Assembly (NCBI GenBank): GCA_964016885.1 | Contig: OZ024740.1 | Span: 122,884,001 to 122,948,000, forward strand | DNA from: Eledone cirrhosa | Lineage: Eukaryota | Length of the DNA: 64,000 nt | Direction: 5' to 3' | Part shown: piece after piece, positions 26,622 through 40,230 of the stretch | Layout: each line of letters starts with the position of its first letter | Numbering within the stretch: position 1 is the first letter of the stretch | The notes under the pieces: generated by a model | What the model was told of the DNA's origin: nothing | What the model saw: the letters and a program-made list of their open reading frames with translations, nothing else | The model's database searches: none | Position numbers and translations under genes: made by a program

Positions 26622-28341
26622 TTACCTTACGTCTCGTAGGGAAAGGACGGTTTTTCCATCCTTTTCACTGCTTGTGGCCTCCTCAGGAAGGATGCCCTTA
26701 TAAATCCTCCTGGAGAGTGCTTGTCGGAAGTCTCCGATGTCTTTGGGGAATTTTTGTTTTAGTGTCATGTACGTTTTCTGTGTAATGCGAGTGATTTGTA
26801 TGTGTGGAGGTAGTGTGAATTTTTGTTTTGTTGTGTAGTCTTTTTCTGTGATGCTGGTGTTGTGTTGGATGTAGTGTAATAATTGCTTGTTGTTCAAATT
26901 TAATGCTGTGTAGTGTGTATCGTTTTGGTTGTTTTGTTTTGTTTGCGTTTGTTGTGGGTTTGTTTCTGTTTCGCATTTTGGTGACTTTTGTGGTGTAGGT
27001 GATGGTGGTGTTGGGGTTAATGATGGTGATGGTGTTGGTCTTTGGGTTGATGGGGTTGGTGATGCTGGTGTGGATGGTGGCATATCTGTCCTAACTTTTT
27101 TGTTTGTTAATTTATTTGTTTCCCTGTGTATTTTGTTTTTGGAGGGGGAAGAAAGAGAATTTTTTCTTTTTTGGTTTCTTTATTTTTTCCTGATACCGTT
27201 TCCCACTCCTCGTCGTTACAATCTGTGTCCAGTTGTGATAGGCCGGGGAGTGGAAAATCCTCCACAGGCGTTAGTTTTGGTTGTGGCGTGGTGGATGGTG
27301 TAGGCGCTGGTGCAAGTTCTGAAGCGTTGGGTGGTGGTGGTTTTGGTTTTGCTGGTGGTGGTGGTGGTGTTGGTTTTGCTACTGTTGCTGGGGTTGTTGC
27401 TGTTATATTTGCTTCTGTTGTTGCTGCTACAGTTGTTGCTGCCATTTCTGCTACTGGTGGTGTTGATGGTTGTGTCACTGGGGTGGGTAGGAGAGGTGGC
27501 CTCATCCTTTTAGCCTGAGGGCAGAAAGCCCTTAGGTGGGTTCCTTCAGCACAAACGACACACCTTGGCCATCTGCCCTCGACAATTACGGTGAGGTGGC
27601 TGCCGTCAGTGAGGTCTATTACCTCTGGGATCTCCTCAATGCTTCCTTGGTCCGCTTGGATCAGGAGCTCCATCCCAGATCCGGACCAGTTCTCCTGCTT
27701 TTCTTTTGCTATTTCGATTATACATTTATTGTTCGATACGACACGGTGCATAGGCGCCGATGCTCCATTTTATTAGGTGTGTGTGTGGGGGGTGGGGGGG
27801 GGGGGGGGGGCTGACCCTGTACCCATCTTTCTTTACCATTTGTTTGGCATTTTCTAAATCCTCCTGAGTCACCGTAAATGCTTCGAACTGTTTTGCTACT
27901 CTGGCAAAACTCAGGGTGGTTTTTTTTATGTCATTGTTGTTGTTGTTGCTATCGTTATTTTTGTTATTATTAATTTTAGTTTCAGTTGTGGTGGTGGTGA
28001 CGTCAGTCAAAGTCGGTTTGGGAGAGTCCATTTTGGTTGAAAATATTTCGACATCACGAGTTGATTTATTTTTTCCTTTTGTTTCTGTTGTCGCGGTGGT
28101 CGTGGGGGTGGGGTTGTCGCGGTGGGGTTGTCGCGGTGGTGGTGGTTGTGGCGGCTTTAACACCTGCAGTCATTGGTAATGGCGGGAAATGAGTGTCTGC
28201 CTGAGACAAATTTAAAATATTGCTAGTGCTTAAATTGTGTGTGTTGGCAGACGTAGTAACATTTACAATGGTGGTGTCGGTGTGAGGTGTTAATTTGTGA
28301 GAAAGGCTTTCAGCTGCTTGGTGCAGTGGTGAATTAGCCAT
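26622..28341 (-). pseudogene. Tx1-like ORF1 with CCHC knuckle, internally deleted
   Basis: CVVCAEGTHLRAFC (C-x2-C-x4-H-x4-C) in ORF 27107-27751. Lacks the segment equivalent to ~4045-4348. Confidence 0.82.
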
Positions 28342-28552
28342 TTTTTTTTCAAAGAAATTTTTTGATAATCATAAAAGTTTAAATTTTGGGCACAAGGCCC
28401 CAATCTTTTTGGGTGTCCTTTTCGGAAAACAATGTATGTGCGCTTATATATAGTTAACAATAAAAAGTTTCCATAAATGGCGATTTTTAACAAAAAGAAA
28501 ATAGCAAACATTTGCGGAGCTCACGATGATACGATTTACTACGTAGGTCGCC

Positions 28553-28597
<45 letters not shown>

Positions 28598-28765
28598 TGT
28601 TTCTACTTTAGGCACAAGGCCAGCAATCACCCAGTGCATTACTGGTACTTTATTTTATCGACCTCGTAAGGATGAAAGGCAAAGTCAAGCTCGGCGGGAT
28701 TTGAACTCAGATCGTAAGGGGACATAACTATGCTGGAAAGCATGGCGTCCGACCCTCTGCCGATA
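28598..28765 (-). mobile_element. Young tRNA-type SINE, slightly 5'-truncated
   Basis: Matches 47826-48012. Its (ATT)n tail abuts the 5' end of the Tx1-like element. Confidence 0.9.
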
Positions 28766-29183
28766 TAACAAGAAATTAGAACACAACAAGCCTGACCTGG
28801 TGGTTTTGGACAAGGAAAAAAGATTGTGCCTGATTGTAGATGTAGCCTGCCCATTTGACTCGAGAGTGCAAGAGAAGGAGAGGGAGAAAATTAACCGATA
28901 CCAGGATTTAAAGTGGGAATTAAAAAGATTTGGAACTGCCATGAAATCAAGGTCGTCCCTATTGTCATAGGGGAACTAGGTACTATCTCAAAGATTTTCC
29001 AAGGATGGTTAAAGAATATTTGTCCAGCCCCGCTTTTTGGAACACTTCAAAAGGCATGCTTGCTGGGAGCAACAAGAACCCTCCGATACGTCCTGAATAT
29101 CTGAGGCTGCAGGTAGCGGCTTGATATTCATTTCAACAAACATTCCAGTTAAATAACATCAATGACTGAGACTAAAAGAACAA
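28766..29183 (+). mobile_element. 5'-truncated R4/Dong-like LINE 3' end
   Basis: Reads KLEHNKPDLVVLDKEKRLCLIVDVACPFD...EKINRYQDL...KVVPIVIGELG...RYVLNI* (PD..D restriction-like endonuclease), followed by the 3' UTR. Confidence 0.88.
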
Positions 29184-31682
29184 TCATCATCATCATCATC
29201 AACGTTTAACGTCCGTGTTCCACGCTTGCATGGGTTTGGACGGGGGTATTCCCACTTGAGGCAAGGGTGATTGTCTTGCTCGCATAGGACTGTCTGGCAG
29301 GTTTTCTACAGTTGGATGCCCTTCCTAACACCAACCACATTTACAGTGTGGGACTGGGAGGTTTTTACCGTGTTGCCTACACGGCCACATTACAGCGTGG
29401 ACTGTGTGTTTTTTGTCGTGACACCTACACGATCTCATTTGTTTCGGCCTGGATGTTGTGGCACCAACATAACTTTACATAGGAGGGGGTGGTGTGGATG
29501 GGGGTGTGGGTGGTGGGACGGGGTGTATTTTGTTAGAGATGCCTACTGGCTGTAGTAGGTTTTACTATGTATTTAGGTAAGGCGGGTCTTCTCTATTACT
29601 GAGTACCGCCAAAGGTCTCGGTCCAGTGACATTGTCTTGGAGAGGTGTAAGTGTGTGAGGTCGGAGTTTATCAGCTCGTCCCAGGATTTTCTAGGTCTGC
29701 CTATTCCGTGGCTACCGTCTATCTTTATTGCCCTGCACTTTGTTACACAGCTATCGACTTTCATGCGCATCACGTGTCCGTACCAACGTAGCCTTCTCTC
29801 GAGTAAACAACATCTGATCCCTCTTATTTCTAATTTTTTCCTTAGTTCGTTTATGCTTTGCCGTTCATGTATATTACTATTACACATCCAGCGGAGCATG
29901 CAAGCTTCGTTCTTCTCCAGTCTGCGTATATCCTCTGCACACAATGCCCAGGTCTCACTGCCATGCAACATTGCTGTTCGTATGCAGGCATCATACAGCC
30001 TGCCTTTCATTTTTAGGGAGAACCCTTTAGCGGCTAATAGTGGTATAAGCTCTCTGAACTTTTTCCATCCAGTTCTGACTCTAGCTACTGTACTTTCGGA
30101 GCACCCTCCCCCACTGCTGATTTTGTCACCCAGCTAACGGAAGCTGTCCACTATTTCTATAGAGCTCTCTGTGCAATTGAAAGAGTTAGTATTTTGTGGG
30201 CACTCGCTGCTACTTATTGCACCAGAGCACCGCCCACATGTAAAATCTAAGTTCTTAGTTAGCTTACCTGTGATCCCACTACATCTTTTATGCACCCATA
30301 CTTTGCATTTGGGACATAAAATGGAGTTTCTACCTACGCCTTTCCTACACACTGAGCATGGCCATTTCCCGGAAGGGACCGCCGCCTTATTTTCTTTCCT
30401 ACAAACTAGAACTTTAGTCTTAGCCAGGTTAATTTTAAGGCCTTTTGATTCTAGGCCGTGCTTCCATGTTTGGAATTTCTTCTCTAGCTCGGCCATTGAT
30501 TCAGCTATGAGTGTCAGGTCGTCTGCGTATAGGAGTTCCCATGGGCAGCCGGTCTTGAACTCCTCTGTTATAGCCTGAAGGGCAATAATAAATAGTAGGG
30601 GGCTGAGAACAGAGCCCTGATGGACGCCAACTTTTACGCTAAACTCTTCACTATATTCGTTGTTAATTCTAACCTTGCTGACTGTTTCTTTATACATGGC
30701 TTGTATAGCTCTCACAAGCCATTCGTCGACACCTAGTTTTCTAAGGGCCCCCCAGATAATGGAACGGGGGACTCTGTCGAAGGCTTTCTCCAAGTCGACA
30801 AAAGCTAAGTAGAGTGGTTTACCTTTAGCTAGGTACTTCTCCTGTAGTTGACGTACAATGAAAAGAGCGTCTGTGGTACTTTTGCCTGACACAAACCCGA
30901 ACTGCATTTCATCTAGGTCAATTCTCTCTCTGATTAGTTGCGCTATTACTTTTTCCGTGACCTTCATGACCTGGTCGATTAGTTTAATGCCTCTATAGTT
31001 ACTCCTATCTAGGGCATCTCCTTTACCCTTATAACAGTTAACGATGATGCTGCTATGCCAGTCCTTCGGAACAACCCCATTCTGTACGACTTGGTTAACT
31101 ATCCGGGTGACCAAGGTGTGTCCCACCGAGCCAGATGCCTTCAGCATCTCAGCAACTATTTCCGAAGGCCCAGCCGCCTTACCCGTCTTCATATCCTTGA
31201 TTGCCTTACTTATTATACTACCCTCGACTAACACTGCTGGTCCCTCTATTGGGTCGATGTGGGGGAGACTGTCTTTCTCCCATTTATTCTCCCCATTTAG
31301 TATCCTTTCATAGTGGCACTACCAAGCTACCTTCTTATCAGCGCCGGTGATGGCAAGTACGCCGTCATCATTAAGTACACACTTCTCCCCGACAATATCA
31401 CGGTTTTCCTTGACACATTGCCTAGCAATCCTGAACACCTCACGTTTTTGGTCCTCGCATTGTAGAACATGCTTGAACTTTCTTTCCTCTGCTTCCCTTC
31501 TTGCGAAGTACACTTGTCTCCTAGCCTCCCTCCTGGCCACTTGATAGTCTTCTCTACTTCCCCCATCCCGCCATACTTTCCAAGCCTGCTTTTTGGCCTT
31601 AATTGACCCCTCCACCCTACTATTCCACCACCATGTTACTCTCCTCCTGCCTACAGGCCTGCTCCAGCCACAGACTTCGTCT

Positions 31683-31684
<2 letters not shown>
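29184..31684 (-). mobile_element. 5'-truncated RTE LINE copy with premature stops
   Basis: ORFs 30134-31234 (LEKAFD, QGSVLSP, YADD, PHD-like finger) and 29573-30010. (GAT)n tail. Confidence 0.95.
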
Positions 31685-31723
<39 letters not shown>

Positions 31724-31883
31724 TGTTTCTACTTTTGGCACAATGCCAGCAATTATTCTAGTGCATTACTGGTACTTTATTTTATCGACCCCGTCAGGAT
31801 AAAAGGCAAAGTTAACCTTGGCAGGATTTGAACTCAGACCACAAGGGACCGTAACTCTATGCTGCAAAGCATGGCGTCCGACC
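31724..31883 (-). mobile_element. 5'-truncated young SINE within an (AAT)n tract
   Basis: SINE body flanked by (AAT)n at 31685-31723 and 31884-31901. Confidence 0.88.
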
Positions 31884-31901
31884 AATAATAATAATAATAA
31901 T

Positions 31902-33600
31902 ACTAATCCACAATGATGAGGCCTCTGCCCCCATTCTTTCTCTTCAAGTATAGTCTACGAATATTTGCTATGGGGTGCAAAGCTCTGTGCAATGTCATTA
32001 ATTTTCTTCTCTTTCTACGTAATTTTGATAATTCTTCTTTAGTCTAACTGAGAATGGATGCACTATATCTAACCACTGAAAATGCCCAGATATTGATTAC
32101 AGTGACCAGATTTCTCGCATTCAAGCTGGATTTTAAAATAAATGTTATTCTTTTTAAATATATCCGTTTACCCATTTCTTTCATTTCTGCATTTAAAATA
32201 CCATTTAATTCTAAGATCCTCCAATATGTATAGCCAGTATCTTCTGGTTCCCCCTTGGTTTCTCATGATAGAAGTCATAATACACTACAAGCTGTTTTCT
32301 TCCATCTTTTCATGTTGAGTACAGAACATTCAGAAACCCTAATTGCATACCAAAGCCACTGTTTTAACTAATGAGTTTATTTGGTTTTCAGACTTCTCAA
32401 ACAATTTCAGGTCATCAATAAATAGAAGGTGGTTTATGAATTGCCCTTGCTTTCCAAATAGGTAGCCCATGTTTATTTTTCTGAATGTGAGTGTTAAAGT
32501 TATCAGTGCTATAACAAATAGTGATGGTGAGAATGAGTTTCCTTGGAAATTCTTTTAATTATTCATTCTCCCACAAAGACACTGCCTCAGTACAAATTGA
32601 TTTTCCACACTGGCATACTATTCAGCATAAACTTTGTTATGTTGTCACAATAGCAAACATCAGCAGGCATTCACCAACACAAAAATGAGATACCATATCA
32701 TATGCCTTATTAAAGTCAATCCAGGCCAGAGACATGTTTGTGTAATGTTTGATACAATACCTTAAAACTGTCTCTTCGTTATTGTATAAGGAGTGAAAGG
32801 AGAATGCTTGCAGAATATTTGATTAATAGTGATGAAGACTTGTTGCAATATGAAGCAGAAGATATGAGTATAAATACAATAGAAATGTTTGGAAATGAAG
32901 AGTTTAACCAAAGAGTAGAAGAGAATAGTAAAGAAGATTTTTTTAGGAAGGAGAATGCATGGTCGGTTTGAGAGAAATACACAGTATATCAAAGACAGAA
33001 CAACATCATGAACATGACTTAACAAAGGTGATTTGAAACATGTCACTGAAGGCCTTATAGTTGCAGTATAAGACCAAGCTCTTGCTACCAATTTGGTGAA
33101 ATATAACAGCTATAAAACCTCTGGCAACCACAAATGCAGGCTCTCTGGAAATAATGTGGAAAATGTGGCCCAACTGGTAAGTGAATGTGAGAGCATGTGC
33201 TAAAAAAATACAAGTGCCATCATGATTAACCTTCACTGGCTTCTGTGTTGAAAATACCATTATGAAGACAGAATTTGTATGAACATGTGTCTTGTAAAGT
33301 AAAGCACAAGGAAGGCAAAGCAATGATATTCTGGGATTATGACTTTCAAACTGATAGAATAATTAAACTTCGCCGACTTGTGTTGAACAAGAAAGACAAA
33401 TACTGTCAAATCATTAATGTGGCCATATAAAATGACATGAATATTGCAAATAAAGTTATTGAGAAAATCACCATGTACTCTAAACTGAAAGTGGAGCTGG
33501 CCATACTTTTTGGAATGCAAGAGAGTAATGTGAAAGTTATACCAGTGTGATACCAGTTGTGTATGTGGCATTAGTACCAATCCCATTGAAACTTCAAGAT
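31902..33600. mobile_element. Degenerate R4/Dong-like LINE with inverted 5' part (31902-32760 minus, ~32775-33600 plus)
   Basis: Minus strand: LAWIDFNKAYDMV, HLLFIDDLKLF, RLYLKRKNGGRGLIIVD. Plus strand: YCIRSERRML, LKHVTEGLIVAVxDQAL, KCRL, FWDYDFQTDR. Confidence 0.78.
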
Positions 33601-33879
33601 GTGCATTGATTGTATCTTCTTAGAAAAGGAGGTGTTCCTGGATTAAAACAACTTCAATTGTCGATTAAGACAGTTACCATAGGAGTTTTTACTTTCTTAG
33701 AAGAGACAAAAGTTTGGATGATAAAATAATATTATAAAACGAGGAATCAAAAACGCTACACACTTTAACAAAGAATGAAAATACCCTTAAAATGGAATTA
33801 TTAGGGTCAGAATCCAACGACACAAATATTTCCCTTGCTGAAATGGTCCAGCAAATAAAGAACTAGGTAAAACTAATCA

Positions 33880-35212
33880 GACTGTGATTTATCCCCAACT
33901 CCAGCTGCTGTGATCAACTTATAGAGTTTCTTGAGGACATCACCCGGATCACTGATGGTGGCTCATGGATGGATGTTGTTTACCTTGACTTTGCGAAAGC
34001 CTTCAATTCTGTGTCACACAAAAGGCTTATGGAAAAACTCTCTGCAATGGGTGTGAAGGATGATCTTTTTAACTGGTTGAAGTCCTTCATTCTCAGTCGA
34101 AGAGAGGTAGTCACGGTTCTGGGACAGCATTCCTCACCATATGAGATGCCATCTGGTGTACCACAGGGATCTGTTCTTGGCCCCCTTTTGTTTGTGGCAT
34201 ATATTAATGACATAGATGCCAACTTAAAGAATGCCATGGTACTAAACTACGCAGATGACATCAAGCTGTACTTTGAGATAAAAAGGACAGATCCTGAACA
34301 CTATAGATCTTGCTTGCAGTCTGACCTGGACACAATGCAACAATGGATCTCAGACTGGCAACTCAAGCTAGCTGTGGACAAGTGCACCACCATGCATTTT
34401 GGTAGTAAAAACCCAGCGTCCACATACTCCCTCCACAGCACTAATATCAAGAAGTCCTCTTGTGAACGTGACCTGGGCATTACGGTCAGCAGCGATTTGC
34501 GTTGGACGAAGCATGTCTCTAAAATTGTCAAGAGGGCCGAGGGTGTCTTAGCATCACTCAGCAAGACCTTTGTCAGCCGCTCTCCAGATATCTATTTAAG
34601 GCTGTACATGGCTATGGTGCGGCCACACTTAGAATTTGCATCACCAGTCTGGAACCCCTATCATGCTCAGAACCTGGAAACTGTTCAGAGACGTGCAACC
34701 AAGCGAATACCCTCCATCAGGCATCTACCATACTCTGAGCGCCTTGCTTCCCTGGGCATGGATACATTGAAGCTCCGACACCTGGCAACTGACTTGGTAA
34801 ACACCCACAAAATTGTTAACCATCTTGCCAACAACAACCCTCAGTACCTTTTTCATTTCCATGTGTCTAACACACGTGGACATGCCCACAAAGTCAGAAA
34901 ACAGCACAGTTCCCATGACTTTCGGAAACATTTTTTCACGCTCAGAGTTGCTGAAGCATGGAACAAACTACTTGCATCAGTTGTTAGCTGTCGAGACACT
35001 GCATCCTTTAAGGCCTCCATGCTTCTCGAGATCCGCCAACACTACAGCTAATGTTCCCCCTCCATACACATACACACATGTATACCATGACTCATACACT
35101 ATTCACTTCCCTGACATTTGTGTATTATTCTATGTACTATACATACACCTTTGACGAGTTGTCGTGCACCTGAGCACTTTACACAATAATTTCATTATTT
35201 TTATTATTATTA
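33880..35212 (+). mobile_element. 5'-truncated CR1-clade LINE; RT reading frame open over 33969-35051
   Basis: LDFAKAF, SGVPQGSVLGPLLF, YADD, ERDLG, VRPHLEFASPVWNP, VQRRATK, TRGH and FFTLRVAEAWNKL. ATT-rich tail. Confidence 0.92.
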
Positions 35213-35984
35213 TACTAAGGAAAATTGGCACAAAAGGAAAATACTCCTTCCAGGAAAGTGATCCTGATATAGATCAAATCCCCATCTACCAGTGGCTAGT
35301 AATCTCTGTTCTGAAGTCAGAATGTGAGGTGTGTAGTCGAGCTACTTGCATGGCATGTATCAATAATCTATCCAGGCGTGATTTGGCTAAAGTCAGACCA
35401 ATTGTAAGCTGCGTATGGATATATATCAACTTCCACTAGCTCAAAGATTGTCCTGCTTTGGTAAAAATTAGTCTCTTGCTGCTTTGAACTCTGAAAGGTA
35501 AACACGCTATTATGTAATGGTGAGATTTTCACTTTGGCCTATCTGCCTCCTTCGGCCCGGCACAGCGTTTTTCTTTACTTCTTAAAACTCTTAAATGTGT
35601 TTGTTCTTTTGTTTAACTTGTCAACCTAGCTTAACTTTTGTAAACGGTTGTAAATAAAACTTGTTAAATATTATAAAGTTTTGTAATATTTTTCTACAAA
35701 ACCTACAACCGAACTACAACTACTTCTAACATTCATCTTTAATACAAACATACTTTTACTTCAACAAACATTCACTTTATGCCTAACTTTGCCTCTCTCT
35801 CACTTAACAAACATTACATTTCGTGCTATAACAATTAGCTGAACAATTCCTCGTGTACAATAACAAATAACAAAAATAACAAATATTATTCTTATTAATA
35901 TTATGCTAACACGGCATAATATTATTTTTCTGCTAAAGGTGTGTATTTTTGCTGCTCAGAAATTATAAGTGTCACATCTTAAAT

Positions 35985-36070
35985 AATTGTTTCTACTTGT
36001 GGCACAAGGCCAGCAATTACCCAGTACATTACTGGCACTTTATTTTATCGACCCCGTAATGATGAAAGGC
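35985..36070 (-). mobile_element. 3' fragment of the young SINE
   Basis: TGTTTCTACTTGTGGCACAAGGCCAGCAATTAC...GATGAAAGGCA. Confidence 0.85.
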
Positions 36071-36280
36071 ATAATGATACCAACCAATAGTGCCATGTAT
36101 ATCAGGAAATACTGAAGACAATATGTCACATTATCTGTAGATTCAGCTTATTGATGCTAGCCATGTACTTGCAATGGCAGGATAGAGCAGTTCAGTACTT
36201 ACACAGGGTTTATACTGCATACTCTATCTTCCTCATAAAGAGAATGAGCTGGAACACAAATCTCTACAAGTTACTCAATA

Positions 36281-36453
36281 CAATGAAATTCCATTATAAC
36301 AAAATTCATGGGGTGTAAACAAATATTTATTGTAACAAAAACTTCTTTATAATGAGATTGACTGAAACAAATTGAGTGTTTGTTTGTTATTAACTCGGGG
36401 ATTGAAACAAATTTCGTTATACTGAAAAATTTGTTATAATGGAATTTTACCTG
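36281..36453. mobile_element. MITE (Tc1/mariner-pogo type) with ~25-bp imperfect TIRs and TA target duplication
   Basis: ta|CAATGAAATTCCATTATAACAAA ... TTTGTTATAATGGAATTTTACCTG|ta. Confidence 0.7.
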
Positions 36454-39400
36454 TATACTGAAATCTCAACCCTTAGAATTTCAATACTCAAACACACAGA
36501 AATCCAAGGAAATTGGTCAGATATCATTAAAAAGTTTGCTGAAAAAACTTATCTTCTTATAGATGTCACAGTCCCAACTATCTAAAAACATTTAAGAAAC
36601 TCAGTCATACAAGGACTTTGAAATAAAAAATAGGAGAATGTGGCATTTCGAAGCAATTACATTACCTATAGACATTGGGGCACTAGGAATATTATCCAAG
36701 GATACAAATTCCTGGATACTTAAAAAGCAGTGCATTGCCAAGAATCATTCTCATGTGTACTTCACACACTTTGCACAAGTTTCTTTCAAAGTAGGCAAAA
36801 TTATATGTACAAATATACATGCACTCAAATATATACACACATACACTGGTTGAAATCTAAATTTTGTATCATTTTATCAATCTTACAACTAAATGGTATA
36901 TTACCTCTTAACGCTGATGAGCTTGCTCTCTCTTAAGTTTTCTGGTTGAGATTTGGATCCCAGTGTATATAAAATGAGTTCTAGTCAGAATTCTAAGAAA
37001 ATGAAGACTTTCTGCCTTAGATAAAAGCAACTCAATCTCCTGTACAACATTCTATGCATTCATTTGGTTCTATGATTAAAACATTTGATTCCATCCCATC
37101 TAAGACCACATTCAATTCTCCAATCCTAAATTCTCCTGCTATAAAATGTTGATATTTGAATTAAAACCTTCCAGCATGATTTTGTGTACAAAGCTTTTTA
37201 TCAGTTATGTTCTGAACATAATGTTGATAATGAAAAATTGATTATTTTATTGAATCCCTGCAAATTCCTGATTGTTATAAAAATTAATTATAACATATAG
37301 GCATTGTATTACATTAGAGATGGCCAGGGGGGGGGGGAGAAAGGGTTAATTAACTACACAAATCACAATGTACAAATGTATTCAGTTTGTCGACAAGATA
37401 CTTTTGCCACTATCACCACCACCAGTACTACCAACAACAACTAACAAAAACAGCAACACTACATTCAATCCAACAAATCAATCAATAACCATCTAGAAAA
37501 TTAGATGCTGCTCTGATCTTCCGCTTTGATATTTGGGATAAGCCTTTCAGGTCAAAGAAAACCATCTGACCCTTGAGGTCAAGAGATAGCTATCTAACGT
37601 TTAAGGTGAAAGTTATGTGGCCTTTAAAGTCAAAGGTGAGCGATCATCTGTTAGGAATTTGGAATAGAGTGAAAGCCATCACTAATGGTGCAGAAATCCC
37701 ATATTTAGAATTAGCTGTGAGAATAGTACTCACTACTCCCAAATCATTGATAGCTGCAACAATCAATGGGTTTTTCAGAGATCATAAATCCAATAGGAAT
37801 GAGAATAATTTATTAGAAGTCAGAATCTCAAAACGAATAACAATAATATTGATTTCTTCTTTTAATGTCAGTCACATAACAATGACAATAATAATAATAT
37901 AGATTTCTTTCTTTAGCACAAGTGAATAGGAGGGGAGTTCAGTGAACCTAAATGATTCAATTATGTTACTGCTTTATATTTTAATCCCAGAGAGATGAAA
38001 GAAAAAAATCAAGGGACAATATTATATTTTAGAGCAAACAAAATAAAATACTATAGTGCATTTATCCTAGTCATTTGGCATCCTATGCTGTCCAGATGGG
38101 AACAAAAATAGTGATTATCTGTGGCTATGCATGAGACAATTTTTGCAAAAGCGAGAGTGTATGTTCAGGTCTGACAGTATGGTTAGATTGTTTGTTTTAC
38201 AAGTACTTAGATTCAAGGTTAGATTCACCTGCACAATACCTTGGTTAAGCATCTTCCACCCTAGCCTCAGTTGAAACAAAGCCTTGCAAGTAAAGAAAAA
38301 GTAGTCAGAAACTATGTGGAAGGTCATCAATTGTGGTAGATAACATTCATTACCTAGTTTAACACTCATACTTGCCCCATGTGTGTATATGAATAGGTTA
38401 TTAGATTTTTGATATGAGTAAAACTATTTCTTTTCCTCCAAACAGTCCCTGAGGTCATAAACATTTCTTGGTGATGTCAGAAAAAGTATCAGTGAGAATG
38501 ATAAAGGCAGACCAATCTGGAGTATATGAAAGCTTAAAGATATATAATACATAAAGTTTTGAAAAAGATTACATGACATGGGTGATGATAGGTAGGAAAA
38601 AGTATCTATGGAACAAACTGCTACGGGGTACTGATGAGACCATAGCTGGAGCAAGGTACCAGACAGACAAAAGGTGACTTGCTGGTAGAACAGTATTGTA
38701 GATGAAAGTATTAAATCTAAGAGCCAAGCATTGAAAGACTGGAAAATGGGGGGTAGCAAAGGGCCATATCAAGTAGCTAAAAGAAAATGTATATGATAGG
38801 TTTCCATAGCATGTAGAGAAATAAAAGTCTTGCCAATATACAGTGATATGAGGAACAGTGACATGAGGTGTTCCTTTGTGAAGCAACTGTGCCAATGGAA
38901 ATCATTGGATATAAATGTATTTGTAATGACTTGGTACAATTAGTCTTATTAATGATAAGAAAAAAGAGACGTGGAGATACTACTATGTGAGATTGATGGA
39001 TGTGGAGAATGAGTGGGAGGATAGAGACTAGCTCAAATAGATTCAAAAGAGGAACCTGCTATGGATTGGATTGGATTTACAACTAAATGGACTGGACCAT
39101 CTGAGAGTTTTGTGTTCTGATATAGATACATTGCAAGTATATAAGCCACCCACATCTCAAATGGTTATAAAATGTGAGCTAAGGAAAGATAATTCATGTG
39201 TGCTAATGATAAAAATGTACATAATTCAGTTGGGTGCTGATGCACTGAATGACCTGCAAAATTTCCTCATGAATTAAAATTTGCCTCTTAGTTGTGGCAA
39301 ATTTTAATTAAAATTGCTTTGTATAAGTCTCTCAGCTATTCGGCTGCTATTTTATCCACACAGCCATTTAAAGTCTTTTTTGACAATTTACAAGGATAAT

Positions 39401-40130
39401 TTTTGTTAAAGAAGAGTGTAGTATTTTAAAATGACTAAGAAGATTTGCACTTGGAAGAAACTAAAATGCTATATGACATTCTGTTAATGTTCTATTATTT
39501 CTCTGAACTCCCATCTCTGCATGTTAACAAAGTTAATAATGTTAAATTAAAGGAAAGCTAATTGGCATTATCTGTCATAATTGACTTGTTACACATATCT
39601 GGATATTAAGATAAACATGAAAAGCCTATTAAGCTGAAATAGTTAGACTGTCACATTAATGAAGCTGGAATGGATACTAGTATATAACATTATTGGTTTA
39701 ATAAGGTTGTTAGAACACTTACTAAAATAGAAAACAAAAACCTATTAAGAGATCTCTAACCTTGGACTAGAATATTAGTAATACTAGCAAAATATCTTTC
39801 AACAAAATATTAACAATGTTAATATCAGAATTAGATATTTTAATAAAAAGAATTTCTAAGAAACAAAGGATCATATTTTGTGTAAGAGGGTTAAAGAAGC
39901 ATGTGTTTTTGATAGAAGTTAATTCGATATACTACATGCACTTTGTGTCCCTATATGTTCAAATTTCAAATCCTTCTCATGTCATCAATGGCTGAACTTT
40001 CACCTAGTGAGGTCCCAAGCTATATGAACATTGATGCCCTTCTATAAAATCATTTGGGTAAAATCAATTTAAAACAATCATATATAATTATTATTTTTGA
40101 TATTAATGTTAATGATAGAGAATAAATGAT

Positions 40131-40230
40131 TGTTTCTACGTTAGGCACAAGGCCAGCAATTACCCAGTGCATTACTGGTACTTTATTTTATCGACCCCGT
40201 AAGGATGAAAAGCAAAGTTAACCTTGGCGG
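40131..40230 (-). mobile_element. 5'-truncated young SINE with 17-bp TSD
   Basis: GATAGAGAATAAATGAT at 40114-40130 and 40231-40247. Confidence 0.9.

Larger units (their letters stand above)
22916..28552 (-). mobile_element. Near full-length L1/Tx1-type LINE (same family as 3222-9030), inactivated
   Basis: Same 5' and 3' termini as the + copy. (AAT)n flanks at ~22881-22915 and 28553-28597. Has an ORF1 deletion near 27730 and small tandem duplications near 24610-24675 and 25320-25353. Confidence 0.93.
33600..36790 (+). mobile_element. Fragmented R4/Dong-like relic interrupted by CR1, an unknown insert, a SINE and a MITE
   Basis: Pieces at 33600-33870 (LYLLRKGG..GLKQL), 35215-35330 (YQWL..LKSECE), 36070-36270 and 36460-36790 (LIDVTVP; MWHFEAITLPIDIGALG). 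Confidence 0.6.

Noticed and set aside
37573-37902. 109-aa ORF as a host gene exon
   Set aside because: No recognisable domain, non-ATG start and no convincing splice context.
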